From NCBI GenBank assembly GCA_964035545.1, contig OZ037767.1, positions 14,121,801-14,185,800 of the forward strand: DNA of 64,000 nt. Reading direction: 5' to 3'. The notes under the pieces are model-generated. The model was not told the DNA's origin, did no database searches, and saw nothing but the letters and a program-made list of their open reading frames with translations. The position numbers were made by a program, and so were the translations under genes. Each line of letters opens with the position of its first letter. Position 1 is the first letter of the stretch. Below, piece by piece: positions 1 to 11,128 of this stretch. The DNA comes from Bugula neritina (lineage: Eukaryota > Animalia > Bryozoa).

Positions 1-357
1 TATTTAACTTTAGTGAATTTATATGTTTGAATGCAAAGAAATGAGGATTCTAGTGCAAAATGAACTAAATATAAAACCAAGTGAATAAAAAATAATGCCA
101 TGGACATTGAAACATCAGAATTTTTATCATAAAAAGCATCAAGTTGAATTGCTGATCCAACTGTAAAAGTTTCAAAAGACGGAAATATGGGTAAATTGTG
201 AGTCAATATTTCATACTCAGTGTTTAACCATCAAAATAAAAAAAATGTGAAAAAATTATCTAATGCATAAAAGTATACCATGATGAGTCTATCTTGTAAA
301 AATTTCACTTCAATATTAAAAAAATCTACTTCTGAATAAATTTTCCACAAGACGTAC

Positions 358-3300
358 CTCTGTGTCGGGTAGAGCTGGAAGATTTATCACTGGAGTTACT
401 TGATTGACTGCAAGTGGAGGTGGTAGATGCCGTCATAGCGCTGGCAGCGTTACCAGTAGGTGGTGATGCCAAAACACCGGCAGCAGTGTCAGAAGTATTA
501 CTCGAGCAATCGTCTTCCCCTGTAGAAGTCTTGCAGTCTGAATACTCTTCAGGGGGAAGCAACTTCATTTTCTCAGAGAGTAAATTGAACCAACCCTCCA
601 TTGAGCTCCACACATCAGCAAGTGGCTAATACATTTAGAAAAAAATTTACAGATCAAAAGGGAAAGAATAGCCTTATTTAACAATCATACAAGAAGTAAG
701 TTTCCTCAGATGTAGCTAAAGTGCAATGGTTATTTGCTAAGTCTGCTAAGTCTATTTGTTCTGGTGAGCAGTTTACAGTAACTACTAAATTAAATGAGTT
801 AGTCATAGCAAGGTGACATGAGTCACAAGGTGTCAACACATGTCACTGTAAAACTTGACACATGTCACCTGAAACTTTAGTAATAGCTACTGATGAGTCA
901 TGACATGTCATTGTACAACCCTAGTGACAACAACTGATAGACAAGACATGACATGTCAAGCACCTGCTGAATTAGTCTGATCTCATGAGCAGTGGCATGC
1001 TTGCAAAGTCCTGATAGGACATTGATACATCTCATCAATGCAAACAGTTCCACGTCAAGAATGCTAAAAGCGGTTAGTAACTTCAGGCCGGCGTTTGTCG
1101 CCATGTCAGCTAAGACATTCAGTACTTCCTCTTTGCAGTCATGGCGTTTAGTGACCTCTTGTAGAATAGTAAGTATCTGTACAGCAAATAAAACGACAAT
1201 AATAGACAGGTGCTAGAACAACCTTATCATATAGTAACCCCTAGCAAATCTTATCCAAGAGCTAAATATGTAATCCACTACCACACCTGTAGCTACAGTT
1301 TTATGAGTACATGCTAATAGTATTAAAAATAAAAACTGAAATATCTAAACAATATAAATAGTCAATAAATACAAGATATTAAAGTAAATGAAGACTGAGA
1401 AAAACTGTCCCACCTTTTTCTCGTCCACCCGATCTAGTATGGTGAGTTGAGTGAGAGGAGTCACAAGGTCACGGTTACTCTCAATCAGTAAACTCACTAC
1501 TCCCACATGCTCTCCCTCTACGGCCATCTCTATTGGATACTGACACTTATTGTTAGCCTTATAAACCGCTCCTTTAGCCAGGAGAAGTTGGAGGCCCGGC
1601 AATTGCCCGTTGGAACAGGCAAAGTGTAGCGGAGTATCTCCTGAATTAGCAGCTTTATTTATGTCAGCCTTATGATCGATCAGTAACTCCATTGACTGTG
1701 TGAAGTAAATACACATGTGTAAGTTTCTTATTCAGAGTAAATAAATTTCTTACTTACACGGGGCTCAAAAACACATAAAATGCAACAACTAATACATAAA
1801 CATAATTTAAAAGTCGCTAGCAAAATAAAATTATTAGTACCATGGCCAACCACAGTGATTAAAAGTAGGAACTGAAGCTAACTTGATATACTAAAATTAA
1901 GAGTAATACAGTTGGGTTAGTACGGTTGGTGCTAATATGAGAAATTAATGCAGAAGACCTATGCCATTAAAACTGTATATACAAGAATGTAATACGATTT
2001 TGAAAACCAGGTGGGTACAGCAAATGAAAACACAGCCAAAGTATGATTTTAAAATAAATGGAATAAATGGATGAGCTAATCTCTCTTTTCACAATAAAGG
2101 ACAGGTAAAAAGCAATCACATTACAATACAGACTTTCAAGTGATAGTTGTATAGACTGAGACATACCTTGAGATGCCCATTTTTTGAGGCAACATGCAGG
2201 GCCGTCTGTCCTTGTGCGTCCAACATATCAATATTCTTTATGTGAGAGACTGAGTCTAACAGACACTCGATCCTACCACTAGCAGCCATCCAATGCACCT
2301 AGTCATATGTCAACCAGTATGTGGTAACACAATGTACCTAACCAGTATGTGGTAACACAATGTATCTAACCAGTATGTGGTAACACAATGTACCTAACCA
2401 TACATCAACCAGTGGTAACACAATTAAACAAACGCAGGTAGGCCGTTGTAATCATTTCAATAATTAAGACAAAGCTACAGTAAATAAATAGGTAAGTACA
2501 GCAAAGAAGTAAGTAAAATAAAGTAAGTACAATAAGTAGGTAAGTAATTACAGCAAGCAGATACTGCATCAGTTACTCAATAACAAAAATACTCTTCAAC
2601 TAAAAGAATAACTGGGCTGAAAGTTGCTCCCTTCAAGATATTTTAAATCAATAAATGTGAACTCTATTTCAACACTGTGCAGTATTTATGGTATAACTAT
2701 AACTATAACTATAGATAACAAACTTGTATACAGACTAGTTGTAACTTACATGATCTTCTATACTCCGAGCCTACATAAAGTTAAGTAATAAAGCTGCAAT
2801 CTAATAAAAACTCACATGGGTTTATAGCCACCATCCCTGTGAGAGCCCCTCATAGAAAGGGCGTTTTAAGTGGGCTAAGGACTTGTTCAGATGTGGCACA
2901 GGAGTAATTATGACTGGATGCTCTTCCTAACATCACCAATGGCCTTTACTGGAATTCGAACCACTGACCTTGTGTTTACTAAACCAAAGCTTTAACCCCT
3001 AGACCACAGCTACAATCTACTATCAAATGCAGATCTGAAAAAGGATATTCACCCCTGTAAGCCCTGACATATCTTTACAAGAGATATCCAGCTCCTTGAG
3101 TGATATTAGTTTCTTCACTATCCTCCTGTGTCCATTACGACACGCTGCGAGGAAGGGAGTAGTACCCGACACGTCTGCAAGGTTCACGTCTGCACCTTTC
3201 TTGATGAGCAAACTAAGACAGTCGTATGCATTGGCTCTGTAAATATCATGACAGTAGAACAGCAGAGTATACAGTAAGTATTACAGTATACAGTAAGTAC

Positions 3301-4844
3301 TACAGTATACTGAAAGCACTACAGTATACAGTAAGTACTACAGTATACTGGAAGCACTACAGTATACAGTAAGTACTACAGTACACTGAAAGCACTACAG
3401 TACACTGAAAGCACTACAGTACACTGAAAGTACTACAGTACACTGAAAGCACTACAGTACACTGAAAGTACTACAGTATACAGTAAGTACTACAGTATAC
3501 AGTAAGCACTACAGTATACAGTAAGTACTACAGTATACTGAAAGCACTACAGTATACAGTAAGTACTACAGTATACTGGAAGAACTACAGTATACTGAAA
3601 GCACTACAGTATACTTTCCATAGAAAATATAATATATAATTACACTTACAAAACACTTTAAAGTCATAAGAATATATATTATAGCTAGAAAAACTAAGTA
3701 CTAATGCAGAGTTTAAAAAAGTGATTCATTCAAAATTTAAAACTAGAGGTTTGAGCTAAAAATAAAAATGACTGCCAGCAACTATTGCTAGATTACTTTC
3801 TTCTTTTAGCCTGTGTAACCCAGTTATATCAAACTTACTGTGCACAGGCTAATATCAACGTCCTCTTCGCTCTGTGAAATATTGTGTTGACATCAAACCC
3901 CGAAGAGGTCAGTAGATCTTCAAGAGTGCTACAAAGATATCAAGGATTCAAGCATAAAAGCACAAAATTATATTTTGATGCATATTGCTGAGAGTAGTGA
4001 GTTAACAAATTTGTTAAACAGCTTTATGATTAACGTCAATGTATATGGAGAAAATTCAACACTACACACAGACAGAGGCTATATAAAATTGGACTAATTT
4101 AGTTAGGATATAAACTAACACTAATTATGATTGAAGAGGGTGCTTATTTGGACACAGAGTAAGACTACAATAAGCTGATGCACTGAGGAGTTAAAAAACA
4201 ATACTAATGACTTGATAACATAGAACTGTGATGATCCAAACACAGAGTTGGAAGTAGAAAAAGCACCAAACTTCTTTTCATAACTTCTTTTTCATAACTA
4301 GCTACAAGAAGCTGAAAGAGTGAGTAGAGTGAGTGAGTAGCAAATCTCACCTTACGTCGTCAGCAAAGATGGTGTTGAGGAGAAGATTTATAGCTGATTT
4401 TCTATCTGTAAAACACATACTGGATAATGAATAACCTTGTACCATAAGCAACTCTGAGATTTAGTAATATTAATCAACATAATGCTGTGCACTGTGGAAA
4501 TAGGTTTTATGATTTAGGAAGATAAAAAGCATTATCTAACATCCATAAAACTATTTTACTATTACATATTTTATGGAATTTACTTTTCAGCAACATGCTA
4601 TAAATACTTAGTAAATCTAAAGCCCTTGAATGACATAGAAGAAATAGTAAAATATTTCTAAGAGTACATCTAACATATATAGTTCCATAAAGCATAGTTC
4701 TAGAATATACATGCTGATGTGTATGTCATCACTGAAAGGTGAATCTAGGAGCATGCTAACAGGAAATGATGTTTTACCTGGCGGAAGAGACACGCCCCTT
4801 CCTTTATGTAATGATGTACGGAGACGTTGCAGAAATCCCTCCAT
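358..4844 (-). CDS. HACE1: HACE1-like ankyrin-repeat E3 ubiquitin ligase, 5' part (HECT domain expected beyond left edge). Exons 4844-4778, 4405-4351, 3928-3839, 3236-3053, 2298-2167, 1695-1414, 1176-964, 625-358
   Basis: GT-AG exons join in frame: MEGFLQRLRTSLHKGRGVSLPP.., LLIKKGADVNLADVSGTTPFLAACRNGH, VHWMAASGRIECL..GQTALHVASKNGH, ADINKAANSGDTPLHFACSNGQ, ADMATNAGLKLL. Collinear with the vertebrate HACE1 N-terminus as recalled. Confidence 0.85.
2312..2423. repeat. 28-bp intronic minisatellite (~3.5 copies) next to a HACE1 acceptor
   Basis: Unit aaccagtatgtggtaacacaatgtacct. Confidence 0.9.
2806..3011 (-). mobile_element. tRNA-derived SINE, copy 1
   Basis: Minus strand has A box TGGTCTAGGGG and B box GGTTCGAATTCC; body shared with 12662-12821 and 50036-50250. 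Confidence 0.85.
3266..3615. repeat. 19-bp intronic minisatellite (~18 copies)
   Basis: Variants tacagtatacagtaagtac / tacagtacactgaaagcac. Confidence 0.95.
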
Positions 4845-6414
4845 ACTCTACAAGTAAATCTGTGGAACTTAATTTAAATACTTTCAGTATTTAATATGCA
4901 AGTGGAAATGAGTAAAAGCATCTTTTGAAAGCAGTGGTGACAGAATGGCATACAGCTGCTAAAAACATCATAACTATTAGTATTACTCAGTATTAGCGTT
5001 TGCATTACATTTACTTTCAGCTTTAATAATAGCAAATCACTAAATTTAATAGTCATAATAATACTGTTAGTGATAGTTGATACATGAAAGAAATATTAAT
5101 AGTAAGTTTGGCAAATTTAGTATCAATGCCAGTGGAGTTTAGACGTAGTTTCCGCTAACAAATACTTTTATTCTTAGTCTTACAGTTACTCCTAGCCTTA
5201 CACTTACAGCTATGCTTAAATATAATAATAATGCTTATCAATATTAATATTACTATCAGTATTACACTGGTTACTACTATGACTATGATATAGTGATACA
5301 TGGTCTGTTAATAATGACATTATTAATGTTATTAATAATAATAATGAACCAATGAATAATCACTATAATGATTATTATATATAATAAAAATGTTATCATC
5401 ATTAAAATAAATAATCAATATTTATTAAATAATTAGTTAATATATTAATATTATAATTATTAATTTTATAATATGTATTAATAATTTCTACATTTTATCT
5501 ACTAATATAAATATTATATTCAAACTAATACTTATAATTATAGACTATCACTATGACTATCATTTATGATGATGACTATGAGTATCAGTATGAGTATGAG
5601 ACTGAGTGATAGTCATAGTCATAGTGACACTGACTATCACTATCCCTATCTGTATCATCATACCTAATCTTATACTATGAGTTATACTTATAGTTCATTA
5701 GTTCATAGTTGTACATGTTGATGTAATTGGTCTTGTTTTGTAGGAGTATAAGTATCAGTATGAGTATGCTAAATTCATGTCAAATAAAGCCCATTGATCA
5801 TAACACTGTGATTGAAACAAACTCAACGCATAAGTTTAAGATCAAGATTGGTTAATAAATTATAGTTCGCAACCCACATCATTGGCTGAGCAGAAAAAAC
5901 AGCTGTGTTTATTAATAGACTACCTAGTTTTTCTGTTAGGTTCAATGCCTTATTATTTACATTGTTTTAGACTTCCACTAGGCCTTTTATAAAACGACAA
6001 ATATATTTAGAAGACTATAGCTTTTATCCGACCGGCTTTCTTAGATTTGCTTTGCCTTGACATTCGTTTGGCTAGTCGGATACGATTTCTGGTTAAAGCA
6101 ATTCGAATTTGATATTTTTGAATGCATTTCATTTTGAAGTCGATGCGCATTTTCTTTAAATCCGGAAACAAATGCTTCACCTAACCAAGGATAAAGTCAA
6201 GGCCATTGTGATTGTGAATTTATTATCTTAAAGTATCACAAGTGTTTAAATCTCACCACTTTACAGTTTACCCATTGAAATATGGCATATCTTATTGTGA
6301 TAGTAATACTAATAGTAATAGGCATACACATACTGATGTTAATAGTAATAATAATATTGATGTTCCTTTGACTTTACTATTTTAATTAATATTAATAAAT
6401 TAGTATTTACTTTT

Positions 6415-6465
6415 ACTAATTCTAAAAGTAAAACTAAAAGTTTTAGTTTTACTTTTAGAATTAGT
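6415..6465. repeat. Perfect 25-bp inverted repeat with 1-nt spacer
   Basis: actaattctaaaagtaaaactaaaa-g-ttttagttttacttttagaattagt. Confidence 0.95.
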
Positions 6466-7179
6466 CAATTACTATTACTATTAGTATTACTATTAGTGAT
6501 TTACAATTACACTTTGATTATCATCTACATAATGATAATCAATTATTATCATTATGATAATCATAATCATCATCATGTTAGTAAAGTAAATCTGACACTC
6601 GCACTGAGTCTAATGCATAGCTCATTTTCTAGGCTATATATCCATTCATTTTACATATTCTCAATCAACTAAACACAGGGACTTCTTCGTTGTGTTTCGA
6701 ATCATGGAAAAGATATAGCCCATAGAGTACTGGTACAGGCTGGAGCTACAACTTACATTTACGAAACACAAGTACAGCAATCAGCAGCACAGAGATTTGA
6801 TTTGGACACCGGTAGGGTTGGGTGTGCTATCGTGAGGAACAGGCACCAAGAGTTGGCTTGCTAGCTCTGTCTGCGCCCAGTTGGACCTTAGCAGTGGTTG
6901 AATCTGGCTGGACTATTGCGGAGGAAGTGTGGTGAACTCTTTCCTTGTCTTCAATACTAAACTTATACTAATACTATACTTAACAATTAACTATACTATA
7001 CTACTAACATTATTATTATAACTTTAACCAACTTTATTATTGTTCTTTTTCCTTTCCATACCCTCCTTTCTCTTTATAAGTTTATCACTACTAGTTATAC
7101 TATAGTACTCATACTGTTAAGTGTATAATATTATTTATGTTAATACTTATATTTCTCATTCTATCTCTTTTATTTTAAT

Positions 7180-8031
7180 ATGCCCCCCAAAACGCAAACA
7201 AGAAGAGGTCGTGTGGACAGTGCTGCCTCTGGTGATGCTGCTAGTAGCAGGAAAAATACTGAAAAATCAAAATGTGAAAAGTGCAATAAAACCCTGAGTG
7301 ACTTAACGATCGAGTGTGAGTCCTGCTTTAACTGGTTTCATATTAGATGCGTGGACTTAGATGCGAGTGACATGAACACAATTGAAAAGAGGGGAATCCA
7401 CTGGTTTTGTGATAAGTGTGATCATGTTCTCAAATCGATTGACTCTAGGTTTAAAGCATTAGAAACAAAGCTTGAAACTTTTATTGACACACAAGAGTCC
7501 AAGAGTGATGAAACATATGCTAGTGTAGTTTCCAAAATTGAAAAATCTGAAGGTGTTTTAAGCAAGCATCTAAATGACCAAGAGAAATGTATAAAAGACC
7601 AAGAAAAACAAATAAAAAATCTTAGAAATGATTTATCAACTGAAAACAGAGCGAAGAATGTCATCATATTTGGCATTAATGAGGGTGAATCATCCCCTGC
7701 TGACACAGTCGAACTGGTAAATTCTATGATTTCTGAGTGTAGTTTTATGTTTAATGCCACAAAATCTAATACTATTAGACTAGGGGCTAAAAAAGTAGAT
7801 AAACCTCGACCTGTTAGACTCTCACTTGACTCAGAGTTTGACAAGTGGGAACTTTTAAAACGTATCAACAATCTCAAAGTACCAGGTACTTTTGCACGCC
7901 TAGACTTAACTAAAGAAGAGCAAAACAAGGATTTTCAGTTGAGACAACAGTTAAGAGACGTAAGAAAACAGGATCCTCTAAGCACATACAAAATACAGAA
8001 AAACCAAATAGTCAAAATATCTACAGATTAA
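7180..8031 (+). CDS. LINE ORF1 protein: PHD finger, coiled coil, RRM-like domain
   Basis: C4HC3 pattern CEKC..CESC..WFH..C..WFCDKC; RAKNVIIFGINE and RPVRL motifs typical of CR1-type ORF1. Confidence 0.9.
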   Translation: MPPKTQTRRGRVDSAASGDAASSRKNTEKSKCEKCNKTLSDLTIECESCFNWFHIRCVDLDASDMNTIEKRGIHWFCDKCDHVLKSIDSRFKALETKLETFIDTQESKSDETYASVVSKIEKSEGVLSKHLNDQEKCIKDQEKQIKNLRNDLSTENRAKNVIIFGINEGESSPADTVELVNSMISECSFMFNATKSNTIRLGAKKVDKPRPVRLSLDSEFDKWELLKRINNLKVPGTFARLDLTKEEQNKDFQLRQQLRDVRKQDPLSTYKIQKNQIVKISTD

Positions 8032-10757
8032 TTAGCATCAATGCAAGATCAATCAAAGGTAAAATTGCTGAATTACAAGCTATAGCTTCTGACTACGATG
8101 TGATGTCTATCACTGAAACTCATTTAAACCCATCCTATGCTAATGCTCAAATCTTCCATCCAAATAACAAACTGGTTTACAGAAAAGATAGGAATGAATA
8201 TGGAGGGGGTGTACTAATAGCTGTTAATTCGCAAATCTCACATTCTCCAATAGATATACCATCTGAAGCAGAAATAACAGCAATCAAGTTTAATTTTGAA
8301 TCTAACGTAGCTCCTTATATTTTGGTAACATACTACAGACCGCCTTCAACATACAACATTAAACCACTTGTAGATTACATGTCAAAAATCAAAAAACTTT
8401 TTCCAGGGTCAACAATAGTTCTAACTGGCGATTTTAATTTACCTGGCATCAATTGGAATGACTTCACTTTCTCTAACAGTTGGAGAACTTTTTACAATGA
8501 CTTCATAGATTTGTTATCGGAATTAGACATGGATCAAATTGTTAATGAGCCAACTCATATAGCTGGCAATATACTTGACCTTCTTTGCACTAATTCTAAA
8601 CATTTAATTTGCGACTTAAATGTAATCCAACCAGGTGTCAGTGATCACTTTATGATTGAATGCTCAATAGAAGCACCCCAAAAGTTTAAAGAAAGTGTAG
8701 AAGATAGTTATACTTTTGTGTATCACAAAATAAATAGAAACGGTTTTGATTCCTCAATGGCAGCCTTGCTCTCAGAAGTGAACTCTCTAATAAACGATAT
8801 ACAGCCCATTGATACTGTTTGGTCTACATTCAGAAATGGATTACATTCGGCAATAACTGACCATGTACCTAAAAAGCAATTTAAACCTAGAAAACATTTT
8901 CAACCTGTTTGGTTTAATAAAGATGCTCAAAGAGCTTGCAACAAGCAAAGAAAACTTTACTCACGATACAAGCTCACAGGTGATTCTGTTTTATTTGACA
9001 AATACAAAAAACTAAGGCGTGAAAACAAAAAACTATTTAAAATACTCAAAAAAGACTTCATGTGTGAAAAGTTATACTACCCATTGGCAAATGGAGACTC
9101 GAAACCTTTTTACAGATATGTTAAAGAAATTAAAGGCAACAATAACAGTATTCAAAGCATTCAAATTAGTGAAAAGACCAGCTCTAATGATTTATCTGAC
9201 ATTGCAAATACTTTGAACTTGTATTTTCACAGTGTTTTTACACCAGCACGTGTGCTCCCAGAAGCTCCGGCTCCAACTGATGCAGATAACATATTAGTAA
9301 CTTCTGAAGGTGTGTTAAAATTGATTAAGTCTCTCAAAAATGGTAAAGCTTCAGGGCCAGACTCTATTAACAAACAAAAGCTACTGCTCTCCCCTGAAAT
9401 TATTTCTTCCCTATTAGCTTCCATCTACAACTATACATTAACAACAGGTACACTTCCATCAGAGTGGAAGCTGGCTCATGTCACACCAATATTCAAACAA
9501 GGAAATCGTGAGTTGCCCTCTAACTATAGACCAATATCCTTAACATCAATAGTCTGTAAAATGATGGAGCACATTATACTTCACCTTATGCAAAACAAAT
9601 TGAATGAGATCCTGTCCATAAACCAGCATGGTTTTAGAAGTCACCTGTCTTGCACAACTCAATTGGCCTGCCTAACACATGACATATTGAGTAATATGGA
9701 CAATGGAATGGCTACACATGCGGCAGTGCTAGATTTCTCTAAGGCCTTTGATTTAGTTCCCCATCATCTGTTGATTCAGAAACTTATTGAGTACAAAGTA
9801 AATCCTCTTTTAGTAAAATGGATATCCTCGTTTCTAACCAGTCGTTTTCAGAGAGTGGTGATTAAAGGCCACAATTCTGATGCTGTAGCTGTTACTTCAG
9901 GTGTCCCTCAAGGTAGCGTTTTAGGGCCTGCACTTTTCACACTTTTCATTAATGACATCACTAAATGTGTAAAATACTGCACTGTAAGGCTTTTCGCGGA
10001 TGACACTATACTATATACGCATATATCTAAAGACGAAGACAAGGAAAATTTGCAAAATGACCTTAACGCTCTACACAACTGGAGTATTAAAAACTCCATG
10101 AAATTCAATGCAACAAAAAGCAACATCATTGTGTTTGATAAAAGCCCTAAACCTATAACGCACACTTATTATTTGAGCAACGAACAATTAGTACAAAGTA
10201 GCTGTGTAAAATACCTAGGAATCTATTTGGTACATGATCTAAAGTGGGATTATCACATAAACTCAGTAGTCAATAAAGCAATGCGTATTTTAGGATTAAT
10301 CAAAAATGTACTCTATGATGCTCCAGTTAAAGTTAAGCTCATAGCATACACTACCCTGTGTAGACCGCTTCTAGAGTATGCCTGCGAAATTTGGGATCCT
10401 GCACATCTTATGCTGAGCAACAATCTAGAGAAAGTTCAAAACAAGGCAGTACGTTTTGTAAAAAACTTAAAAGGCTGGGATGTCTCAGTGACCGAATCCA
10501 AGGCGGAGTTAAACTTAAAGGCTTTAAATAAATCCAGACAAGAACACAGATTCACGCTATTCTTCAAAGTGTTGCAGCATGAAGCATTCTTCCCTAACCT
10601 AATTAACACTCTTAACTCCACGAAATCTCTCCGTAATACCAATATTGGGGACAGTAACTCTTTTAATTCAATATCCTGTAATACTAATAATTTCCTGCAT
10701 AGCTTCCTCATTAGAACAGCCCGTGAACTACGCACGGGAAAAACACTAGCAGACTAA
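7914..10757 (+). CDS. LINE ORF2: APE endonuclease + reverse transcriptase. Frame open from 7914; first ATG at 8103
   Basis: EN motifs INARSI, ITETHL, GDFN, LDL, SDH; RT motifs NYRPISLTS, QHGFR, LDFSKAFD, GVPQGSVLGP, FADD, KYLGI; no internal stops. Confidence 0.95.
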   Translation, partial: RRAKQGFSVETTVKRRKKTGSSKHIQNTEKPNSQNIYRLISINARSIKGKIAELQAIASDYDVMSITETHLNPSYANAQIFHPNNKLVYRKDRNEYGGGVLIAVNSQISHSPIDIPSEAEITAIKFNFESNVAPYILVTYYRPPSTYNIKPLVDYMSKIKKLFPGSTIVLTGDFNLPGINWNDFTFSNSWRTFYNDFIDLLSELDMDQIVNEPTHIAGNILDLLCTNSKHLICDLNVIQPGVSDHFMIECSIEAPQKFKESVEDSYTFVYHKINRNGFDSSMAALLSEVNSLINDIQPIDTVWSTFRNGLHSAITDHVPKKQFKPRKHFQPVWFNKDAQRACNKQRKLYSRYKLTGDSVLFDKYKKLRRENKKLFKILKKDFMCEKLYYPLANGDSKPFYRYVKEIKGNNNSIQSIQISEKTSSNDLSDIANTLNLYFHSVFTPARVLPEAPAPTDADNILVTSEGVLKLIKSLKNGKASGPDSINKQKLLLSPEIISSLLASIYNYTLTTGTLPSEWKLAHVTPIFKQGNRELPSNYRPISLTSIVCKMMEHIILHLMQNKLNEILSINQHGFRSHLSCTTQLACLTHDILSNMDNGMATHAAVLDFSKAFDLVPHHLLIQKLIEYKVNPLLVKWISSFLTSRFQRVVIKGHNSDAVAVTSGVPQGSVLGPALFTLFINDITKCVKYCTVRLFADDTILYTHISKDEDKENLQNDLNALHNWSIKNSMKFNATKSNIIVFDKSPKPITHTYYLSNEQLVQSSCVKYLGIYLVHDLKWDYHINSVVNKAMRILGLIKNVLYDAPVKVKLIAYTTLCRPLLEYACEIWDPAHLMLSNNLEKVQNKAVRFVKNLKGWDVSVTESKAELNLKALNKSRQEHRFTLFFKVLQHEAFFPNLINTLNSTKSLRNTNIGDSNSFNSISCNTNNFLHSFLIRTARELRTGKTLAD

Positions 10758-11128
10758 TAAAAAAAGACCTGAACATCCGATAGTTCCACCTTTCCCCTAT
10801 TTGGGGTCTTGGAACTAAATCAAGACAAGACAAGACATGACATATTTAACTAATAAACTATATTTTTAATATCCACTGGCACTTCGGGCTGGGCATATTC
10901 ATATTGATCTTATTAGACTAATAGTAATCGTAATCGCAATGACAATAATTGCTTTCAAGCCTTATAATGTAATACATAGCAAAAGATGACTAAAGGCCAA
11001 TTTTTTTAAGTTTGTACAAATATAGCTCATTATGATTATGTACATATAAGCAATTAATATTATGTTAATGGGATTCTTTTTTTGTAGAAATGTGAAAATA
11101 AATAGAACAAATAAGTTTCTATTAACTA

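Larger units (their letters stand above)
6660..10840 (+). mobile_element. Full-length CR1-group non-LTR retrotransposon (LINE); 5' boundary approximate
   Basis: ORF1 + ORF2, short 3' UTR with stem-loop (ttcca..cccc-tattt-gggg..tggaa) and (CAAGA)3 tail at 10821-10835. Confidence 0.9.

Noticed and set aside
2940-3011. tRNA gene (also 50036-50110)
   Set aside because: A/B boxes belong to SINE heads with a shared body and TSDs; no good cloverleaf
3040-3052. U12-type ATATCCTTT donor 4 nt inside a HACE1 intron
   Set aside because: The GT donor gives the correct frame, and I see no U12 branch point or AC acceptor; probably chance
6653-6659. LINE TSD acatatt (6653-6659 / 10840-10846)
   Set aside because: Only 7 AT-rich bp and CR1-group elements often lack TSDs; used only as a tentative boundary
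7422-10735. Antisense ORFs in the LINE (and similar ones in BEL and PAP)
   Set aside because: Shadows of the sense coding frames, no motifs
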